The position numbers were made by a program, and so were the translations under genes. 64,000 nucleotides of DNA. Origin: Myxococcota bacterium. GTDB taxonomy: Bacteria; Myxococcota; Kuafuiibacteriia; Kuafuiibacteriales; Kuafuiibacteriaceae. Positions 24,512-33,888 of this stretch are shown here, piece by piece. The notes beneath the pieces are model-generated. The model made no database searches, was not told the DNA's origin, and worked only from the letters and a program-made list of their open reading frames with translations. The stretch lies in the NCBI GenBank assembly GCA_050331295.1, contig JBHJGZ010000009.1:279950-343949 (forward strand), given 5' to 3'. Within the stretch, counting starts at the first letter, position 1; each line of letters opens with the position of its first letter.

Positions 24512-26692
24512 ATGTCCGTCGAGGGTCACTCTCCCGAGGTGAACGAATCGCCCAAGGAGGGAGCGGCGGTTCCATCCGTCGCCGACGACCTTCGTCGTTG
24601 GCTTCGGGACTTCGTCAAAGGCATCAAAGGTCTGAGAGTCTATGCGTCCAACAACGAGACGCTGCATCGCTATCTTCAGGATGTCTACTCTGGTCTGAAC
24701 CATCTGCTCGAGGAGCAGGGCGAGTTCACGTTGATGGTGCGCGAGGATCGGTTGATGCACCAAGGCGTCGATGTCTTGGTAGAGCCTGACCGACTCGAAG
24801 GACTGCCCTTTCTGCTCTTTCGAAACGCGTTCCGGCGTCTCACTTTCATCCGGGGAATGCAGCCCGAAGAGATCGTAAGTTTGATGCGAGCAATCACCAC
24901 GGATTACGCAGTGTACGACGGAGCTGGGGAGGATTTGGTGACCGCATTGTGGCGTCTGCAGCTGCCCCATCTTCGTTACGTAACCATTGATACCCTGACC
25001 GCAGAAGCCGGAATCGTACGGTCCTCCGACGAGCGGGCCGAGATCGAACGACTCCAGGGCGACATTGAAAATATAGTCGCAGCTGTCTATAGAAACAGTC
25101 TCACCGGAAGCGACATCGTGTCGGGCTTGTCCATCTCCAAGGAGGACTTGCACGCGCTCCGAGAGGTCCAAGAAGAACCTGAAGAAGAACTCGAACGTCT
25201 CGACCAGATGAGCGCGCGGGCTGTCCTGGACATCGATCCTGGAGAGCTGAACCTCTTCAAACAAGACTTGATGCAGGAAGGGCGCGACCGAATCATTCAG
25301 CGCACCATGGACGTTCTAGTCCGCATCCTCTTCAACGAACGTTCAGGACGAGAGGCTTTCGGCGCTGTCTCTCTGCTGCAACAGTTGCTCGACGCTTTGC
25401 TTCTCGGACAGCGTTTCGTTCATGCAACCGAGCTGGTGCGGCGTCTGCATCGCTCCGCCCAGGATGGTGACAACCTCCAAGAGCTCCATGTATCTCGCCA
25501 GCTACTGCTGCTCTTCGCGAACAAGAGTCGGATCATTCCCTTGCTGGCAGGTCTCAATGACCGGGTCGTTTCTCGATCGGTTTCGGAGCTCTTGGGCTTC
25601 CTTCGGGCGTTGGGTCCTAACACCGTGCCGGGTCTGTTGGCGGTGCTGCCGGACATTGAATCCCCGGTGCATCGTCGGGTGATCAAGGATTTGATCATCG
25701 AGCTGGGCGTTCCCAGCATGCCTGAACTTCTACAGGCCTCGCGAGACGCAGAGTGGTTCGTGCTTCGGGATATATTGGCGATGGCAGAGCATCACCCGCC
25801 AGAAGACGCAGCCATCATCGTGGAGCATGCGATCGAGCACCCTCACCCGCGTGTTCGGGAGGCAGGAACGAAGATGCTGAGGAACTATGGCTTTGGCGCG
25901 GCTGACGATCGTCTTGCGATCATGCTTCGTGACACAGACCACGACGTGAGGAAGGCGGCTCAACGTCTCGCCGTGGTGCGTGCTGCGCCCGTACTGGTGG
26001 AGGAGCTCCGCCGGCAGGTCGAAGAAGCTGAGGTAGGCAAGGATCCTCGGGAACTTCGTCATCTGTATCGAGCCTTTGCTGCGACGGCCCAAGGCGATGC
26101 GGTCGAGGTTCTGGTCAAGATCCTGAACCAGAACGTGTTCTCGTCCCTGAAGAATGCGGATGCGCCGGTGGCGGCAGCGATGGCCCTAGGAAACATCGAA
26201 GACGATGCGGCCCGCGCCGGTCTTCAGCGTGGGACGCGGTCGTTGGTGGCTCGGATCCGTGAGGCCTGCCGCAGAGCGCTCGAGCGCCGTCGTGGAAGCG
26301 AGACCGTGACGCTGGATCTGGATGAGTCTTCGGGGGATTTGATGGCATTCGATATCGATGGGAGACCCGATTTCGTGCCTGCTCCGCCTTCTTTCCCTGA
26401 GTCTGCCCCGATTCCCTCCGTGAACCCGGAGCCCCCCCAGCTATCGACTCTCTTTCATCGTCGGGTCGATCTCCCCGGTGACCACATCCCGGATCCGTAT
26501 CCAGAACCCACGGTCGTGCCGAGCGCCCTCACCGACGACCTCGTCCTGACGGACGAGCTGCCTCTTTTGGCCGATTTCGCCTCGAAGCCTTTGAAAGAAA
26601 GGGAGACCAAGCCGTCCTCTCCTCCCATCGAGCAGGAGGTCCTTTTGGACATCGAGTTCTTGTTGCCGACACCCAAGCCGGAGGATTCATGA
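24512..26692 (+). CDS. HEAT-repeat protein, function unknown
   Basis: 726 aa. HEAT/PBS-lyase-like repeats around HPHPRVREAGTKMLRNYG and LRDTDHDVRKAAQRLAV. Pro-rich acidic tail. The stop overlaps the next gene's start (ATGA). Confidence 0.6.
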   Translation: MSVEGHSPEVNESPKEGAAVPSVADDLRRWLRDFVKGIKGLRVYASNNETLHRYLQDVYSGLNHLLEEQGEFTLMVREDRLMHQGVDVLVEPDRLEGLPFLLFRNAFRRLTFIRGMQPEEIVSLMRAITTDYAVYDGAGEDLVTALWRLQLPHLRYVTIDTLTAEAGIVRSSDERAEIERLQGDIENIVAAVYRNSLTGSDIVSGLSISKEDLHALREVQEEPEEELERLDQMSARAVLDIDPGELNLFKQDLMQEGRDRIIQRTMDVLVRILFNERSGREAFGAVSLLQQLLDALLLGQRFVHATELVRRLHRSAQDGDNLQELHVSRQLLLLFANKSRIIPLLAGLNDRVVSRSVSELLGFLRALGPNTVPGLLAVLPDIESPVHRRVIKDLIIELGVPSMPELLQASRDAEWFVLRDILAMAEHHPPEDAAIIVEHAIEHPHPRVREAGTKMLRNYGFGAADDRLAIMLRDTDHDVRKAAQRLAVVRAAPVLVEELRRQVEEAEVGKDPRELRHLYRAFAATAQGDAVEVLVKILNQNVFSSLKNADAPVAAAMALGNIEDDAARAGLQRGTRSLVARIREACRRALERRRGSETVTLDLDESSGDLMAFDIDGRPDFVPAPPSFPESAPIPSVNPEPPQLSTLFHRRVDLPGDHIPDPYPEPTVVPSALTDDLVLTDELPLLADFASKPLKERETKPSSPPIEQEVLLDIEFLLPTPKPEDS

Positions 26693-28116
26693 GTCCGCCG
26701 CCTTCGAGTTCGAAGCTCCAAAACCTCGCTCGATTGTTGATCATGCAGCTCCATATGGTGCTGCGGACGTTTCGAATCCACGAGCCGGGAAATCGGGCGC
26801 TGCTGATCGCCACCGAGAATCTTCGGGATACCATCAACACACTTTGGGCCTCGTTGGATGGCGCAGTCCGCCTTCAGATGGTGGAGGGCGTCGCCTATCT
26901 GAATGATGTGCGCGTCCGCTTGGATCCGACCCTGAAGACACAAGTCGATTATCTGCAGGATCAGTTTGCTCAACGCCGTATGGGGGGCATCGGCTTTTCA
27001 CGACCGGTGGACGCCGAGGCTCTTCGCGCCTTCTTGGTCACCCTCACCCGACCGGTAGAGGGGGATGAGGATGTAGCGCAACTCAAGGAGTCGCTCCTCA
27101 GGTTCCGAGAGCTGGCATTGGAGCTTCTCGACCCAAGGACCTTTGTGGAGGAACACCAAAGCAGCGATGACGATCTTCGGGTCGACCGGAGGACGTTCGC
27201 TTTGCAGGCTTACGCCAAAGGAGTGGTGGCCTTCCGGGAAGCTGTCGAGGCGCTCCGAAAGAAGGATGGTCACCCCGCTCGTCTTAATGCCACCCGCATC
27301 GTCCAGGATCTGGTCGACGTGGGTACCGAACGCGTCAATTTCTTGCTGCGCCTGGGCGCGATCAAGAGGGCCGACCAGTATGCCTACAATCACGCCGTCA
27401 ACGTCTGCATCTTGTCGGTGGTCATCGGTCGCGCCCTAGGGGTTGAACGCGTTCATCTCGTGGACCTCGGGGTTTCGGGCCTCTTCTCCGACATCGGCTT
27501 TGCGCTGATGCCGCCTAGTCTGATCGAGCAGAGCAGAGATCTCAGCCATGAAGAGAAGGCCGCCGTCTTGACCGACATGCTCCGTGAGGTTCGCGCAACC
27601 TTCGCCGGTCATCGTGTGACCGACGCCATGATGATGCGGGTCGTGGTCGCGTACGAGCATCACCTGCCCTACCGGGATCCCCTCCGGACGAGACCGCTTC
27701 ATCCCTACTCTCGCATTGTTGCGGTCGCGGATGCGTTTGACGCACTTACCACCTCACGGCCCTGGCGGGACGCGTATGCCGCGGACGAGGCTCTGCGTAT
27801 CTTGAGCCAAGAGTCAGGGGATCGATTCGATCCGCTCGTGGTCCGCGTTTTGGTCAATCTGATGGGCGTATATCCCTTGGGGTGTCCCGTGCAGCTCGAG
27901 TCAGGCGAGGTGGCCGTGGTGTACCACAGTTCCCACGAACCACAGTTCTTTGATAGACCGTGGGTAAAGGTCGTCCAGACAAGCCATGGTGATCGAGTCC
28001 GTCGTACGTTGATCAGGAATCTGGCCGCGACCGACGGTCCGGCCGGTCGCGTCAAACGAATCTTGCGTCCTCAGGAAGTCGAGGATTTCGACCCTGCCAT
28101 GACGATCGTTTTCTGA
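26689..28116 (+). CDS. HD-GYP-related domain protein with degenerate metal-binding/GYP motifs
   Basis: 475 aa. YNHAVNVCILSVVIGRALG (first His). LFSDIGF where LHDIGK is expected. EHHLPYRDP where HHExxDGxGYP is expected. Conserved IVAVADAFDALTTSRPWRDAY. Confidence 0.78.
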   Translation: MSPPPSSSKLQNLARLLIMQLHMVLRTFRIHEPGNRALLIATENLRDTINTLWASLDGAVRLQMVEGVAYLNDVRVRLDPTLKTQVDYLQDQFAQRRMGGIGFSRPVDAEALRAFLVTLTRPVEGDEDVAQLKESLLRFRELALELLDPRTFVEEHQSSDDDLRVDRRTFALQAYAKGVVAFREAVEALRKKDGHPARLNATRIVQDLVDVGTERVNFLLRLGAIKRADQYAYNHAVNVCILSVVIGRALGVERVHLVDLGVSGLFSDIGFALMPPSLIEQSRDLSHEEKAAVLTDMLREVRATFAGHRVTDAMMMRVVVAYEHHLPYRDPLRTRPLHPYSRIVAVADAFDALTTSRPWRDAYAADEALRILSQESGDRFDPLVVRVLVNLMGVYPLGCPVQLESGEVAVVYHSSHEPQFFDRPWVKVVQTSHGDRVRRTLIRNLAATDGPAGRVKRILRPQEVEDFDPAMTIVF

Positions 28117-28167
28117 GGCCGTCGATTCGCACTTGATTCGGTGTGTCTCTCGTTTCACACGGCGCGT

Positions 28168-28806
28168 ATGCCACTTCACCTCGGAAAACCAGTTCCAAAC
28201 TTCCAACAGGATAGCACCGAAGGTCGCATCGATTTCTTCGAGTTCCTGGGCAACAGCTGGGGCGTGCTGTTCTCGCACCCGGCGGACTTCACTCCGGTTT
28301 GCACCACCGAACTCGGTGCGGTCGCCAAGCTCAAGTCTGAGTTCGAGAAGCGAAATACGAAGGTCATTGGTCTGTCGGTCGATCCCGTTGATTCCCACCA
28401 CGAATGGGTAAAGGACATCAACGACACGCAACGGACGACCGTGAACTTTCCGCTCATCGCGGACCATGACCGCAGCGTGGCGAAGCTCTATGACATGCTC
28501 CCGGACGACGCACCGGATACGATGACGGTGCGCAGCGTCTTCATCGTGGATCCAAAAAAAGTTCTCCGTCTCACGCTGACCTATCCAGCGTCCACCGGTC
28601 GCAATTTTCAGGAGATCCTACGGGTCATCGACTCGCTTCAACTCACCGATCATCATAAGGTGGCAACCCCTGCCGACTGGCAGCACGGTGATCGAGTCGT
28701 GATCGTTCCGTCGCTTCGGGATCCAGATGAATTGGCGAAGCGTTTTCCGCAAGGCTTCGACGAGCAGCGTCCCTATCTGCGGCTCACCGACCAGCCCAAG
28801 GACTGA
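28168..28806 (+). CDS. 1-Cys peroxiredoxin (Prx6 type)
   Basis: Track ORF 28141-28806; ATG 28168 (MPLHLGKPVPNF). WGVLFSHPADFTPVCTTELG with peroxidatic Cys. Length about 212 aa. Confidence 0.93.
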   Translation: MPLHLGKPVPNFQQDSTEGRIDFFEFLGNSWGVLFSHPADFTPVCTTELGAVAKLKSEFEKRNTKVIGLSVDPVDSHHEWVKDINDTQRTTVNFPLIADHDRSVAKLYDMLPDDAPDTMTVRSVFIVDPKKVLRLTLTYPASTGRNFQEILRVIDSLQLTDHHKVATPADWQHGDRVVIVPSLRDPDELAKRFPQGFDEQRPYLRLTDQPKD

Positions 28807-28807
28807 A

Positions 28808-31024
28808 CTATTCCAGAATGAGGTCGGTAGTCCGATAAGCCGCTGTCGGAAACTCATCCTCATCCAACCTTCGCATCGCCTCCATCAGCAGGTAGGTGTT
28901 CGACGCGTACAGATTCGCCGGGACGTCGACGGCCCGGTAGACGATGCGGAATCGACCGGTCCCCGGCATCGCCATACGAAAGAATTGTTCCTCCGCGGAC
29001 GGCTCAGCCGGCTCGACGCGATGAAGTCGTCCTTGGGCGATGAATATCCGGCCCTTCCTGCCATCGTCGTACTGCAGCTGCAGCTCGGCGTTCTTCCCGC
29101 CGACTTCCAGATTTTGCACCAAGTCCACGAGGGGCATCGCGGAGATGTCCCCGGAAACAACCGCTGGGACCGGTTCTGCCGGGAGGCGAGACGTCCCCAT
29201 CGCGCGTTGGGCCGCGCGACGGAGCTTCGAGACGGTCGGCTCCAGGGCCAACGGCTTCAAGAGGACATCCTCGGCTCCGAGCTCCAGAGCTCGCGCCTGA
29301 TGCGCATCGTCACGACGCCGGGAGCTGATGAACACGATGGTGTCCGGACTCTTGCGACGGGCCTCCAGAAGAAGATTCAAGCCATCCAGCCGAGGGAGTG
29401 CCGCATCGAACATGGCGACGACGACATGATGGTCGCCGAGGACCGAAAGCGCTTTCCGACCATCGTCTACTACCTGCACATCGAGATCCTCGGCCATCAG
29501 TCTTCGAACCACCTGCTGACAAGCCTCGGGGTCGGCATCGGCCAAGAGCACGATTCGCCGTGAGGACGATGCCTTAGGTTCGTGTATCGGATACCATCGG
29601 CTGAGGAGCTGCTGAAAACCTGACCGACTGGTGACCGCAGGCAACACGGACTTCACCCCGAGAACCACCATGAGTTCTAGCCTCCTTTGGGATTGCGCCG
29701 GATCGGCGGTAACCACGTGGGCCACTCCATTCGGTTCGATCAGGAAAGGGATCGATAGCGTCAGCTCGGCCGCGTCTCGAGGAAAGCGTCGTTGAAGGTT
29801 TGGGGGTGGTTCGAGTTCGCTCAGCTCGGCGGGCGCCAACCACCGATAGCCGAGCTGGTTGGCCACCGCTCGTGCGATGACGTCCTCGTCAACCATCTCC
29901 ATCTGAATCAGCACGTCTCCCAGCCGGCCTCCGCGAGCCCTCTGTTCGGCCAATCCCAACTGGAGGTCGTCCGAGCTGATGTGTCCGGAGTCGCGGAGGA
30001 CCTTGCCAAGCAGTGGACGAGGGGGTGGCTCGACGCCTCCGAGACCGGTGTACGCCGAAACCGAGGGGACCCTCGAGTTCAGCTGCCGGTCGACCGGGCT
30101 AACGAAGTGCCGCTGCATATACACCGCAAGGTCTCGTGGGGAGGCTTTCCGTGGCATCCGCTGTGATGCTCGCGTCAGCTCTCCCAGGAATGCCCCGACC
30201 GTTTGAAAGCGCAAGTTGCGGTCTCGTTCCAGAGCCCGACCGCAGATTTCATCCACTGCGTCCGTCACCTCCGAATTGATGGAGGAGGGCCGGGGAATGG
30301 ATTTGTGAACGACTTGCTCGACCGTCTCTTCTGGGTGACTGCCTCGGAACAATCGCTGACCTGTCAGCATCTCCCAGAGTACGACTCCCGCACTGAAGAT
30401 GTCCGACCGCTGGTCGATCGCAAGCCCTTGTACCTGCTCCGGGGACATGTATCCAAACTTCCCATGCAGGTTCCCTGGCAACGCATCGTTCTTCTCGGTC
30501 ACGACCCGAGCGATGCCGAAGTCGGTAACCTTCACTTCGCCTTCGTACGAAATGAGAATGTTCTGAGGTGAGATGTCGCGGTGAATGATCCCGAGCGGCA
30601 CGCCCTCGTCGCTTCGCTTTCGGTGGGCGTAGTCGAGACCAGAGAGAAACTCGGTAGCGATGCATAGAGAAATGTCGGCTGGAATCAGGTCTTTCTGGCG
30701 ATAGGCCCGAGAAAGTACCGCCGCGACGTCTCGACCTCGAACGTACTCCATCGCCAAGAAGACTTGGCCATCGATGGCTCCGAGATCGTGCACCTGAACG
30801 ATGTTGAAGTGCTGCAGATGAGCGGCAAGTTTAGCTTCGTTGATCAGCATGCGAACGAAAGTCTCGTTGCCGCTGTAGCGAGGCAGGATGCGTTTGAGGG
30901 CGAGCTGCTTCTCGAAGCCCGAGTATCCATGTCGCTTTGCTCGAAAGATCTCGGCCATGCCTCCATCGCCGATGCGCTCCAAGAGGACGTAGGGACCGAA
31001 GCGCAGTGCGTCGGACGAGGACAC
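28808..31024 (-). CDS. Ser/Thr protein kinase fused to T2SSE_N/MshEN-like domain, receiver (REC) domain and DUF4388-like domain
   Basis: 738 aa. Kinase: GDGGMAEIFRAK, LALKRI, IIHRDISPQNIL, VTDFGIA, GYMSPEQ. aa 338-390: LLGKVLRDSGHISSDDLQLGLAEQ-RARGG-RLGDVLIQMEMVDEDVIARAVANQ. REC: IVLLADAD, AMFDAALP, VFISS, LLKP. C-terminus: SGDISAMPLVDLVQNLEVGGKNAELQL...GRIFIAQGRL. Confidence 0.9.
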   Translation of the reverse strand: MSSSDALRFGPYVLLERIGDGGMAEIFRAKRHGYSGFEKQLALKRILPRYSGNETFVRMLINEAKLAAHLQHFNIVQVHDLGAIDGQVFLAMEYVRGRDVAAVLSRAYRQKDLIPADISLCIATEFLSGLDYAHRKRSDEGVPLGIIHRDISPQNILISYEGEVKVTDFGIARVVTEKNDALPGNLHGKFGYMSPEQVQGLAIDQRSDIFSAGVVLWEMLTGQRLFRGSHPEETVEQVVHKSIPRPSSINSEVTDAVDEICGRALERDRNLRFQTVGAFLGELTRASQRMPRKASPRDLAVYMQRHFVSPVDRQLNSRVPSVSAYTGLGGVEPPPRPLLGKVLRDSGHISSDDLQLGLAEQRARGGRLGDVLIQMEMVDEDVIARAVANQLGYRWLAPAELSELEPPPNLQRRFPRDAAELTLSIPFLIEPNGVAHVVTADPAQSQRRLELMVVLGVKSVLPAVTSRSGFQQLLSRWYPIHEPKASSSRRIVLLADADPEACQQVVRRLMAEDLDVQVVDDGRKALSVLGDHHVVVAMFDAALPRLDGLNLLLEARRKSPDTIVFISSRRRDDAHQARALELGAEDVLLKPLALEPTVSKLRRAAQRAMGTSRLPAEPVPAVVSGDISAMPLVDLVQNLEVGGKNAELQLQYDDGRKGRIFIAQGRLHRVEPAEPSAEEQFFRMAMPGTGRFRIVYRAVDVPANLYASNTYLLMEAMRRLDEDEFPTAAYRTTDLILE

Positions 31025-31056
31025 CGACCCATTTTGTACTGTACGCTTCGACTCCT

Positions 31057-31070
31057 GGCCAGATCTGGCC
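31057..31070. repeat. perfect 14-bp palindrome GGCCAGATCTGGCC in the divergent kinase/polA intergenic region
   Basis: Read directly at 31057-31070. It lies between the kinase start (31024, minus) and the polA start (31151, plus). Function unknown; operator-like. Confidence 0.4.
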
Positions 31071-31150
31071 CTTCAAATACGGAGCGGATCCTGGAGGCGT
31101 GAGATGGCATTTCAGTTGAACCTGAAAGCGGTTCCCGTCACACATGGGCC

Positions 31151-33844
31151 ATGGCCCGAGTTCACGTGGTCGATGGCTCCGGCTACATCTTCCGGGCCTA
31201 TTGGGCGATTCGGTCCCTGACCAATTCGGCGGGCGAAGCCACGAACGCGGTCTACGGCTTCGCCAACATGCTGGAGAAGCTGCTCCGGGAAGAAGCGCCG
31301 GACCACCTTTGCGTCGTGTTCGATGCAGGTACCGAGACTTTCCGGAACGAGCTCTATCCCCCTTACAAGGCCACCCGGCCTCCGCCCCCCGAGGACCTGC
31401 AGGCGCAGATACCCGAGATCCACAATCTTGTGGCGGCGATGGGGATTCGGTCCTTCGCCGTCGAAGGCGTCGAAGCCGACGACGTAATCGCGACGCTGGT
31501 GCAGCAAGGACGAGCGGAAAACTATGAGGTGCGATTGATATCAGGCGACAAGGACTTGATGCAATTGGTCACAGCGGGCGTCATGCTGTTCGAGCCCATG
31601 AAGGGCGAGACGTTCGACGCAGCCGGGGTGGAAGACAAGCTCGGCGTGCCGCCGGAGCTGGTAGCGGATGCTCTAGCGCTGGCAGGGGACAGTGCTGACA
31701 ATGTGCCAGGCGTCAAAGGTGTCGGCTTGAAAACCGCTGCAAAGTTGCTCCTGACCCATGGCTCGTTGGAGGCCGTGCTCGAAGCGGCGCAGCAAGGACA
31801 GGTGAAGGGCAAGGTAGGCGCCACGCTCGCCGATTCAGTCGAGCAGGCCCGCTTGTCGCGACGGCTCGTCGGTCTCAAGCCTGACGTCGAGCTCGGTCTC
31901 ACGTCGATGGCAGATCTGGCTTTTGCGGGGCCGGAACGTTCGACGCTCATCTCCTTCTATCGTTCAATGGAGTTCGACCGGCTGATCGAACGATGGGAGA
32001 CGTCGACAGCCTCACGGCCAGAGGACCGTGGAGGCGCGCAATCGCGCATTGAGCTTTCCGCGGATGTGCCCATTTTGTCGGCCGCGGAATTCGAAGGGTG
32101 GGCCGACGCGGCCTCGAAGGCTGGGTTTCTCGCCGTGGAGTTGGAGCTCACGACTGAGCGTATCGTCGACGCCGAGCTTGTCGGAATGGCGATCTCGATC
32201 GGTGATGATGCCGGGTACATTCCAGTTCGTCACGACGAGATAGCCAACGTCGATGAAGATGGCGTTGCTTCCTTTCTGACGACCATGCTCGGTTCGAATG
32301 TCAGAATCGTTTGCAGCCAATCAAAGCTCCTCTGGGGTTGGTTGATGATGCGAGGCTTGCCCGGGCCAGACGCCTTCTTCGACACAACCATTGCAAGTTA
32401 CCTTCTCGACCCCGACCAGGCCGACCACGACCCAGAGGGAGTTGCGAAACGACTCTTCGATGCGGAACCCGAACCGAAGGCGCCGGCCCTCCGAAAGGAT
32501 CGGAAACGACGGCCTTTCAGCTCGGTCGAGCCGAACCGAGCGGCTCGGATAGTTGGGCACGCAGCCCAGGTTTCATTTCATGCCGAAGACCCATTGCGGC
32601 AGGCCATCGAAGAGGAAGGGCTTACGGGTGTCTACAACGATATCGAGCTACCGCTCGTTCGGGTCCTGGCGAGAATGGAGCAGACTGGGATCAAGGTCGA
32701 CCTTTCACGACTCGCGGAGATGAAGCATGTGCTCCGAGCGGAACTCGAACGCCTGGAGGTGGATTGTTACGAGGCTGCCGGACGCGAGTTCAACGTGGGT
32801 TCCCCCAAACAACTCGAACAGATTCTTTTTGATGAATTGGAGCTGAAAATCGTGAAGCGAACGGCGACGGGTCGACCGTCGACGGACCATTCCGTGCTGG
32901 AAGCTCTGGCCGATTCGCACCCTCTCCCGCAGGCCGTCTTGGAGCATCGACTCGTCTCCAAGTTGAAGAGCACGTACGTCGATGCCTTGCCGCGGATGGT
33001 CTCGTCGAACACGGGGCGGGTCCATACTCACTTCAACCAGACGATGGCTGCGACGGGTCGACTGTCCTCTACGGACCCCAATCTCCAGAATATTCCGATT
33101 CGGACAGAACTGGGCCGGCAGCTCCGAACGGTTTTCGTGGCGGACTCTGGAATGCGCCTGATCTCGGTGGACTATTCTCAGGTCGAGCTCCGCGTCTTGG
33201 CGCACTTCACGAAGGAACCGGTGCTCGTGGAAGCCTTCATGGAAGGTGCGGATGTTCATACTCGAACCGCAGCACTGCTGTTCGAGGTTCCTGACGATCA
33301 GGTGACACGCGAGATGCGTACCCAGGCCAAGGCGGTGAACTTCGGTGTGTTGTACGGCATGGGGCCAATGAGATTGGCCCGAGACCTGAAGATTCCCCGG
33401 CGACAGGCTTCGACGTTCATCGACGATTACTTCGCCCGGCAGCCCGCCGTGAAAACGTTCATCGACGAGGTGATGGAAAGAGCGAGATCCGAAGGCATGG
33501 TTCGAACGCTCATGGGGCGCCTCCGTCGGATCCAGGATCTCGACGCCAAAAGCCGAGCGGCGCGAGCAGCGGCGGAACGGATCGCGCGGAACACGCCCAT
33601 TCAAGGCAGCGCGGCGGACCTCATCAAACTCGCGATGCTCCGGGTCGATGCCGACCTTCGGGAAAGGTTCCCCACCGCTCGTCTCGTCCTGCAGGTTCAC
33701 GATGAGCTGTTGGTGGAGGCGGAAGCAGATCAGGCCCAGGACGCGGCGGAATTGGTTCAGCGTCAGATGCAGAACGCCTTTCCGTTGGAAGTGCCGCTGG
33801 TGGCCGAGCCGCATATCGGGGAGACGTGGGATGAGGCCCATTGA
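31151..33844 (+). CDS. polA: DNA polymerase I
   Basis: 897 aa. 5'-nuclease N-terminus VHVVDGSGYIFRAYWA. Polymerase motif A DYSQVELRVLAH, motif B RTQAKAVNFGVLYGM, motif C LQVHDELLVEA. Confidence 0.97.
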   Translation: MARVHVVDGSGYIFRAYWAIRSLTNSAGEATNAVYGFANMLEKLLREEAPDHLCVVFDAGTETFRNELYPPYKATRPPPPEDLQAQIPEIHNLVAAMGIRSFAVEGVEADDVIATLVQQGRAENYEVRLISGDKDLMQLVTAGVMLFEPMKGETFDAAGVEDKLGVPPELVADALALAGDSADNVPGVKGVGLKTAAKLLLTHGSLEAVLEAAQQGQVKGKVGATLADSVEQARLSRRLVGLKPDVELGLTSMADLAFAGPERSTLISFYRSMEFDRLIERWETSTASRPEDRGGAQSRIELSADVPILSAAEFEGWADAASKAGFLAVELELTTERIVDAELVGMAISIGDDAGYIPVRHDEIANVDEDGVASFLTTMLGSNVRIVCSQSKLLWGWLMMRGLPGPDAFFDTTIASYLLDPDQADHDPEGVAKRLFDAEPEPKAPALRKDRKRRPFSSVEPNRAARIVGHAAQVSFHAEDPLRQAIEEEGLTGVYNDIELPLVRVLARMEQTGIKVDLSRLAEMKHVLRAELERLEVDCYEAAGREFNVGSPKQLEQILFDELELKIVKRTATGRPSTDHSVLEALADSHPLPQAVLEHRLVSKLKSTYVDALPRMVSSNTGRVHTHFNQTMAATGRLSSTDPNLQNIPIRTELGRQLRTVFVADSGMRLISVDYSQVELRVLAHFTKEPVLVEAFMEGADVHTRTAALLFEVPDDQVTREMRTQAKAVNFGVLYGMGPMRLARDLKIPRRQASTFIDDYFARQPAVKTFIDEVMERARSEGMVRTLMGRLRRIQDLDAKSRAARAAAERIARNTPIQGSAADLIKLAMLRVDADLRERFPTARLVLQVHDELLVEAEADQAQDAAELVQRQMQNAFPLEVPLVAEPHIGETWDEAH

Positions 33845-33888
33845 GGCCTCTCGACTTCACATCTTCCCGGGGGTGACGCGGGACGCTT

